Source: Eledone cirrhosa
Lineage: Eukaryota
DNA: 64,000 nucleotides
Assembly (NCBI GenBank): GCA_964016885.1
Contig: OZ024742.1
Span: forward strand, 13,268,001 to 13,332,000
Direction of reading: 5' to 3'
The notes below the pieces were generated by a model that searched no databases, was not told the DNA's origin, and saw only the letters and a list, made by a program, of their open reading frames with translations. Shown in pieces: positions 55,101-64,000 of this stretch. The stretch's first letter is position 1; every line of letters starts with the position of its first letter. The position numbers were made by a program, and so were the translations under genes.

Positions 55101-58100
55101 AAAAGACAAAGGATCAGTTAAAGGAAAATACTGGAGGAACAGTTAAAGTAAAATACTGGAGGATCAGTAAAAACAAAATACTGGAGGATCAGTTAAAGGA
55201 AAATACTGGAGGATTATTTAAATGAAAATACTGGAGAATCATTTAAAGGAAAATACTGAAGGATCAGGTAAAGAAAATATTGGAGGATCAGTTAAATCAA
55301 ATACTGGAGGATCAGTTAAAGGGAAATACTTAAGGATAAGTTAAAGAAAATATTGGAGGATCAGTTATGTAAAATACTGGAGGATCAGTTAAAATAAAAT
55401 ACTGGAGGATCAGTTAATGGAGAGTACTGGAAGATCAATTAAAGAAAATACTGGAGGATCAGTTAAAGTAAAATACTGGAGGATCAGTTAAAATAAAATA
55501 CAGGAGGATCAGTTAAAGGAAAATACTGGAGGATCAGTTAAAGGAAAATACTGGAGGATCAGTTAAATCAAATACTGGAGGATCAGTTAAAGGGAAATAT
55601 TTAAGGATCAGTTAAAGAAAATACTGGAAGATCAGTTAAAGGAAAATACTGGAGGATTAGTTAAAATAAAATACTGGAGGATCAGTTAAATGAAAATACT
55701 GGTGGATCAATTAAAGGGAAATACTGGAGGATCAGTTAAAGGAAAATACTGGAGGATCAGTTAAAATAAAATACTGAAGGATCAATTAAAGGAAAGTACT
55801 GGAGGATCAGTTAAATAAAATACTGGAGGATCACTTAAAGGAAAATACTGGAGGAACAGTTAAAGTAAAATACTGGTGGATCAGTAAAAATAAATACTGG
55901 AGGATCAGTTAAAGGAAAATACTGGAGGATTAGTTAAAGGAAAATACTGGAGAATCAGTTAAAGGAAAATACTGAAGGATCAGTTAAAGGAAAGTACTGA
56001 AGGAGCAGTTAAAGGAAAATACTGGAGGATCAGTTAAATCAAATACTGGAGGATCAGTTAAAGGAAAATACTGAAGGAGCAGTTAAAGGAAAATACTGGA
56101 GGATCAGTTAAAAGAAAATACTGGAGGATTAGTTAAAATAAAATACTGGAGGATCAGTTAAAGGAAAATACTGGAGGATCAGTTATAATAAAATGCTGGA
56201 GGAATATTTAAAGTAAAATACTGGAGGATCAGTTAATGGTAAATACTGGAGGATCAGTTAAAAGAAAATACTGGAGGATCAGTTACAGGAAAATACTGGA
56301 GGATCAGTTAAAGGAAAATACTGGAGGATCAGTTAAAGGAAAATTCTGGAGGATCAGTTAAAATAAAATACTGGAGGATCAATTAAAGGAAAATATTGGC
56401 GGATCAGTAAAAATAACATACTGGAGGATCAGTTAAAGGAAAATACTGGAGGATCAGTTATAATTAAATACTGGAGGATCAGTTAAAGGAAAATACTGGT
56501 GGATCAATTAAAGGGAAATACTGGAGGATCAGTTAAAGGAAAATACTGGAGGATCAGTTAAAATAAAATACTGAAGGATCAATTAAAGGAAAGTACTGGA
56601 GGATCAGTTAAATAAAATACTGGAGGATCACTTAAAGGAAAATAGTGGAGGATCAGTTAAAATAAAATACTGAGGATCAGTTAAAGGAAAATACTGGAGG
56701 ATCAGTTAAAATAAAATACTAGAGGATCAGTTAAAGGAAAATACATCAGGATCAGTTAAAGGAAAATACTGGAGGATCAGTTAAAGGAAAATGCTGGAGG
56801 ATCAGTTAAAATAAAATACTGGAGTATCAGTTAAAGGAAAATACTGAAGGATCAGTTAAAATAAAATACTGGAGGATCAGTTAAAGGAAAATACTGGAGG
56901 ATCAGTAAAAATAACATACTGGAGGATCAGTTAAAGGAAAGTACTGGAGGATCAGATTAAACAAAATACTGGAGGATCAGTTAAAGGAAAATACTGGAGG
57001 ATCAGCTAAAATTAAAATACTGGAGGATCAGTTAAAGGAAAATACAGGAAGATCAGTTAAAGGAAAATATTGGAGGATCAGTTAAATAAAATACTGGAGG
57101 ATCAGTTAAAAGAAAAGACAAAGGATCAGTTAAAGGAAAATACTGGAGGATCAGTTAAAATAAGATACTGGAGGATCAGTTAAAGGCAAATACGGGAGGA
57201 TCAGTTAAAGAAAAATACTGGAGGATCAGTTAAAATAAAATACTGGAGGATCAGTTAAAGGAAAATACTGGAGGATCAGTTAAATGAAAATACTGGAGGA
57301 TCAGTTAAATCAAATACTGGAGGATCAGTTAAAGGAAAATACTGGAGGATTAGTTAAAGGAAAATACTGGAGGATCAGTTAAAGGAAAATACTGAAGGAT
57401 CAGTTAAAGAAAATATTAGAGGATCAGTTAAAGTAAAATTCTGGGGGATCAGTTAAAATAAAATACTGGAGGATCAGTTAAAGGAAAATACTGCAGGATC
57501 AGTTAAATCAAATACAGGAGGATCAGTTAAAGGTAAATACTGGAGGATCAGTTAAATGAAAATACTGGAGATTTAGTTAAAATAAAATACTGGAGGATCA
57601 GTTAAAAGAAAATACTGGAGGATCAGTTAAAGGAAAATACTGGAGGATCAGTTAAAGGAAAATACTGGAGGATCAGTTAAAATAAAATACTGAAGGTTCA
57701 ATTAAAGGAAAATACTGGAGGATCAGTTAAATAAAATACTGGAGGATCAGTTAAAGGAAAAGACAAAGGATCACTTAAAGGAAAATACTGGAGGAACAGT
57801 TAAAGTAAAATACTGGAGGATCAGTAAAAATAAATACTGGAGGATCAGTTAAAGGAAAATACTGGAGGATTAGTTAAAGGAAAATACTGGAGAATCAGTT
57901 AAAGGAAAATACTGAAGGATCAGTTAAAGGAAAGTACTGAAGGAGCAGTTAAAGGAAAATACTGGGGGATCAGTTAAATCAAATACTGGAGGATCAGTTA
58001 AAGGAAAATACTGAAGGAGCAGTTAAAGGAAAATACTGGAGGATCAGTTAAAGGCAAATACGGGAGGATCAGTTAAAGGAAAATAGTTGAGGATCAGTTA

Positions 58101-61100
58101 AAATAAAATACTGGAGGAACAGTTAAAGTAAAATACTGGAGGATCAGTTAAAATAAAACACTGGAGGATCAGTAAAAGGAAAATAATGGAGGATCAGTTA
58201 AAATAAAATACTGGCGGATCAGTTAATGGAGAGTACTGGAAGATCAATTAAAGAAAATACTGGAGGATCAGATAAAGTAAAATACTGGACGATCAGTTAA
58301 AATAAAATACTTGAGGATCAGTTAAAGTAAAATACTGGAGGATCAGTTAAATAAAAATACTGGAGGATCAGTTAAATCAAATACTGGAGGATCAGTTAAA
58401 GGGAAATATTTAAGGATCAGTTAAAGAAAATACTGGAGGATCAGTTAAAGGAAAATACTGGAGGATTAGTTAAAATAAAATACTAGAGGATCAGTTAAAT
58501 GAAAATACTGGTGGATCAATTAAAGGAAAATACTGGAGGATCAGTTAAAGGAAAATACTGGAGGATCAGTTAAAATAAAATTCTGAAGGATCAATTAAAG
58601 TAAAATACTGGAGGATCAGTTAAATAAAATACTGGAGGATCAGTTAAAGGAAAAGACAAAGGATCAGTTAAAGGAAAATACTGGAGGAACAGTTAAAATA
58701 AAATACAGGAGGATCAGTTAAAGGAAAATACTGGAGGATCAGTTAAAATAAAATACTAGAGGATCAGTTAAAGGAAAATACATCAGGATCAGTTAAAGGA
58801 AAATACTGGAGGATCAGTAAAAATAACGTACTGGAGGATCAGTTAAAGGAAAATACTGGAGGATCAGATTAAACAAAATACTGGAGGATCAGTTAAAGGA
58901 AAATACTGTAGGATCAGCTAAAATTAAAATACTGGAGGATCAGTTAAAGGAAAATACAGGAAGATCAGTTAAAGGAAAATACTGGAGGATCAGTTAAATA
59001 AAATACTGGAGGATCAGTTAAAGGAAAAGACAAAGGATCAGTTAAAGGAAAATACTGGAGGATCAGTTAAAATAAAATACTGGAGGATCAGTTAAAGGCA
59101 AATACGGGAGGATCAGTTAAAGGAAAATACTTGAGGATCAGTTAAAGGAAAATACTGGAGGATCAGTTAAAATAAAATACTGAAGGATCAATTAAAGGAA
59201 AATACTGGAGGATCAGTTAAATAAAATACTGGAGGATCAGTTAAAGGAAAATACAAAGGATCAGTTAAAGGAAAATACTGGAGGATCAGTTAAAATAAAA
59301 TACTGAAGGATCAATTAAAGGAAAATACTGGAGGATCAGTTAAATAAAATACTGTAGGATCAGTAAAAGGAAAATACAAAGGATCAGCTAAAGGAAAATA
59401 CTGGAGGATCAGTTAAAATAAAATACTGGAGGATCAGTTAAATCAAATACTGGAGTATCAGTTAAAGGAAAATACTGGAGGATCAGTTAAAGGAAAATAC
59501 AGGAAGATCAGTTAAAGGAAAATATTGGAGGATCAGTTAAATAAAATACTGGAGGATCAGTTAAAAGAAAAGACAAAGGATCAGTTAAAGGAAAATACTG
59601 GAGGATCAGTTAAAATAAGATACTGGAGGATCAGTTAAAGGCAAATACGGGAGGATCAGTTAAAGAAAAATACTGGAGGATCAGTTAAAATAAAATACTG
59701 GAGGATCAGTTAAAGGAAAATACTGGAGGATCAGTTAAATGAAAATACTGGAGGATCAGTTAAATCAAATACTGGAGGATCAGTTAAAGGAAAATACTGG
59801 AGGATTAGTTAAAGGAAAATACTGGAGGATCAGTTAAAGGAAAATACTGAAGGATCAGTTAAAGAAAATATTAGAGGATCAGTTAAAGTAAAATTCTGGG
59901 GGATCAGTTAAAATAAAATACTGGAGGATCAGTTAAAGGAAAATACTGCAGGATCAGTTAAATCAAATACAGGAGGATCAGTTAAAGGTAAATACTGGAG
60001 GATCAGTTAAATGAAAATACTGGAGATTTAGTTAAAATAAAATACTGGAGGATCAGTTAAAAGAAAATACTGGAGGATCAGTTAAAGGAAAATACTGGAG
60101 GATCAGTTAAAGGAAAATACTGGAGGATCAGTTAAAATAAAATACTGAAGGTTCAATTAAAGGAAAATACTGGAGGATCAGTTAAATAAAATACTGGAGG
60201 ATCAGTTAAAGGAAAAGACAAAGGATCACTTAAAGGAAAATACTGGAGGAACAGTTAAAGTAAAATACTGGAGGATCAGTAAAAATAAATACTGGAGGAT
60301 CAGTTAAAGGAAAATACTGGAGGATTAGTTAAAGGAAAATACTGGAGAATCAGTTAAAGGAAAATACTGAAGGATCAGTTAAAGGAAAGTACTGAAGGAG
60401 CAGTTAAAGGAAAATACTGGAGGATCAGTTAAATCAAATACTGGAGGATCAGTTAAAGGAAAATACTGAAGGAGCAGTTAAAGGAAAATACTGGAGGATC
60501 AGTTAAAGGCAAATACGGGAGGATCAGTTAAAGGAAAATAGTTGAGGATCAGTTAAAATAAAATACTGGAGGAACAGTTAAAGTAAAATACTGGAGGATC
60601 AGTTAAAATAAAACACTGGAGGATCAGTAAAAGGAAAATAATGGAGGATCAGTTAAAATAAAATACTGGCGGATCAGTTAATGGAGAGTACTGGAAGATC
60701 AATTAAAGAAAATACTGGAGGATCAGATAAAGTAAAATACTGGACGATCAGTTAAAATAAAATACTTGAGGATCAGTTAAAGTAAAATACTGGAGGATCA
60801 GTTAAATAAAAATACTGGAGGATCAGTTAAATCAAATACTGGAGGATCAGTTAAAGGGAAATATTTAAGGATCAGTTAAAGAAAATACTGGAGGATCAGT
60901 TAAAGGAAAATACTGGAGGATTAGTTAAAATAAAATACTAGAGGATCAGTTAAATGAAAATACTGGTGGATCAATTAAAGGAAAATACTGGAGGATCAGT
61001 TAAAGGAAAATACTGGAGGATCAGTTAAAATAAAATACAGGAGGATCAGTTAAAGGAAAATACTGGAGGATCAGTTAAAATAAAATACTAGAGGATCAGT

Positions 61101-64000
61101 TAAAGGAAAATACATCAGGATCAGTTAAAGGAAAATACTGGAGGATCAGTAAAAATAACGTACTGGAGGATCAGTTAAAGGAAAATACTGGAGGATCAGA
61201 TTAAACAAAATACTGGAGGATCAGTTAAAGGAAAATACTGTAGGATCAGCTAAAATTAAAATACTGGAGGATCAGTTAAAGGAAAATACAGGAAGATCAG
61301 TTAAAGGAAAATACTGGAGGATCAGTTAAATAAAATACTGGAGGATCAGTTAAAGGAAAAGACAAAGGATCAGTTAAAGGAAAATACTGGAGGATCAGTT
61401 AAAATAAAATACTGGAGGATCAGTTAAAGGCAAATACGGGAGGATCAGTTAAAGGAAAATACTTGAGGATCAGTTAAAGGAAAATACTGGAGGATCAGTT
61501 AAAATAAAATACTGAAGGATCAATTAAAGGAAAATACTGGAGGATCAGTTAAATAAAATACTGGAGGATCAGTTAAAGGAAAATACAAAGGATCAGTTAA
61601 AGGAAAATACTGGAGGATCAGTTAAAATAAAATACTGAAGGATCAATTAAAGGAAAATACTGGAGGATCAGTTAAATAAAATACTGTAGGATCAGTAAAA
61701 GGAAAATACAAAGGATCAGCTAAAGGAAAATACTGGAGGATCAGTTAAAATAAAATACTGGAGGATCAGTTAAATCAAATACTGGAGTATCAGTTAAAGG
61801 AAAATACTGGAGGATCAGTTAAAGGAAAATACAGGAAGATCAGTTAAAGGAAAATATTGGAGGATCAGTTAAATAAAATACTGGAGGATCAGTTAAAAGA
61901 AAAGACAAAGGATCAGTTAAAGGAAAATACTGGAGGATCAGTTAAAATAAGATACTGGAGGATCAGTTAAAGGCAAATACGGGAGGATCAGTTAAAGAAA
62001 AATACTGGAGGATCAGTTAAAATAAAATACTGGAGGATCAGTTAAAGGAAAATACTGGAGGATCAGTTAAATGAAAATACTGGAGGATCAGTTAAATCAA
62101 ATACTGGAGGATCAGTTAAAGGAAAATACTGGAGGATTAGTTAAAGGAAAATACTGGAGGATCAGTTAAAGGAAAATACTGAAGGATCAGTTAAAGAAAA
62201 TATTAGAGGATCAGTTAAAGTAAAATTCTGGGGGATCAGTTAAAATAAAATACTGGAGGATCAGTTAAAGGAAAATACTGCAGGATCAGTTAAATCAAAT
62301 ACAGGAGGATCAGTTAAAGGTAAATACTGGAGGATCAGTTAAATGAAAATACTGGAGATTTAGTTAAAATAAAATACTGGAGGATCAGTTAAAAGAAAAT
62401 ACTGGATGATCAGTTAAAGGAAAATACTGGAGGATCAGTTAAAGGAAAATACTGGAGGATCAGTTAAAATAAAATACTGAAGGTTCAATTAAAGGAAAAT
62501 ACTGGAGGATCAGTTAAATAAAATACTGGAGGATCAGTTAAAGGAAAAGACAAAGGATCACTTAAAGGAAAATACTGGAGGAACAGTTAAAGTAAAATAC
62601 TGGAGGATCAGTAAAAATAAATACTGGAGGATCAGTTAAAGGAAAATACTGGAGGATTAGTTAAAGGAAAATACTGGAGAATCAGTTAAAGGAAAATACT
62701 GAAGGATCAGTTAAAGGAAAGTACTGAAGGAGCAGTTAAAGGAAAATACTGGAGGATCAGTTAAATCAAATACTGGAGGATCAGTTAAAGGAAAATACTG
62801 AAGGAGCAGTTAAAGGAAAATACTGGAGGATCAGTTAAAGGCAAATACGGGAGGATCAGTTAAAGGAAAATAGTTGAGGATCAGTTAAAATAAAATACTG
62901 GAGGAACAGTTAAAGTAAAATACTGGAGGATCAGTTAAAATAAAACACTGGAGGATCAGTAAAAGGAAAATAATGGAGGATCAGTTAAAATAAAATACTG
63001 GCGGATCAGTTAATGGAGAGTACTGGAAGATCAATTAAAGAAAATACTGGAGGATCAGATAAAGTAAAATACTGGACGATCAGTTAAAATAAAATACTTG
63101 AGGATCAGTTAAAGTAAAATACTGGAGGATCAGTTAAATCAAATACTGGAGGATCAGTTAAAGGGAAATATTTAAGGATCAGTTAAAGAAAATACTGGAG
63201 GATCAGTTAAAGGAAAATACTGGAGGATTAGTTAAAATAAAATACTAGAGGATCAGTTAAATGAAAATACTGGTGGATCAATTAAAGGAAAATACTGGAG
63301 GATCAGTTAAAGGAAAATACTGGAGGATCAGTTAAAATAAAATACTGAAGGATCAATTAAAGTAAAATACTGGAGGATCAGTTAAATAAAATACTGGAGG
63401 ATCAGTTAAAGGAAAAGACAAAGGATCAGTTAAAGGAAAATACTGGAGGAACAGTTAAAATAAAATACAGGAGGATCAGTTAAAGGAAAATACTGGAGGA
63501 TCAGTTAAAATAAAATACTAGAGGATCAGTTAAAGGAAAATACATCAGGATCAGTTAAAGGAAAATACTGGAGGATCAGTAAAAATAACGTACTGGAGGA
63601 TCAGTTAAAGGAAAATACTGGAGGATCAGATTAAACAAAATACTGGAGGATCAGTTAAAGGAAAATACTGTAGGATCAGCTAAAATTAAAATACTGGAGG
63701 ATCAGTTAAAGGAAAATACAGGAAGATCAGTTAAAGGAAAATACTGGAGGATCAGTTAAATAAAATACTGGAGGATCAGTTAAAGGAAAAGACAAAGGAT
63801 CAGTTAAAGGAAAATACTGGAGGATCAGTTAAAATAAAATACTGGAGGATCAGTTAAAGGCAAATACGGGAGGATCAGTTAAAGGAAAATACTTGAGGAT
63901 CAGTTAAAGGAAAATACTGGAGGATCAGTTAAAATAAAATACTGAAGGATCAATTAAAGGAAAATACTGGAGGATCAGTTAAATAAAATACTGGAGGATC
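46110..64000. repeat. 25-bp tandem satellite GGAAAATACTGGAGGATCAGTTAAA (>700 copies, continues past window end) with kb-scale higher-order repeats
   Basis: Period 25; variant monomers recur at 2.1-2.7 kb spacing. Confidence 0.97.

Overview
AT-rich, repeat-saturated eukaryotic DNA. The SINE families and very high (TA)n density suggest an octopus-like mollusc, which is an inference. No prokaryotic genes or CRISPR arrays are present, and almost all long ORFs are artefacts of simple repeats. About 37 kb is tandem satellite: a 38-bp array (4.6-11.5 kb), a 33-bp GT-rich array (33.6-41.8 kb), a CCA/CAA array ending at an assembly gap, and a 25-bp array (46.1-64 kb) that grows directly out of a mariner-like terminus. 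The interspersed part holds a 5'-truncated, frameshifted Penelope-like element (RT + GIY-YIG), tRNA-derived SINEs, a non-autonomous Helitron, an RTE-like non-autonomous element and a possible small spliced gene. The most notable signal is three unrelated families of minimal type-I hammerhead ribozyme motifs (seven copies) within 15.3-23.3 kb. They sit in non-coding elements with Penelope-style inverted 5' ends, including a tandem pair that could release a ~452-nt retrozyme-like RNA. All folds were derived by eye and are untested.
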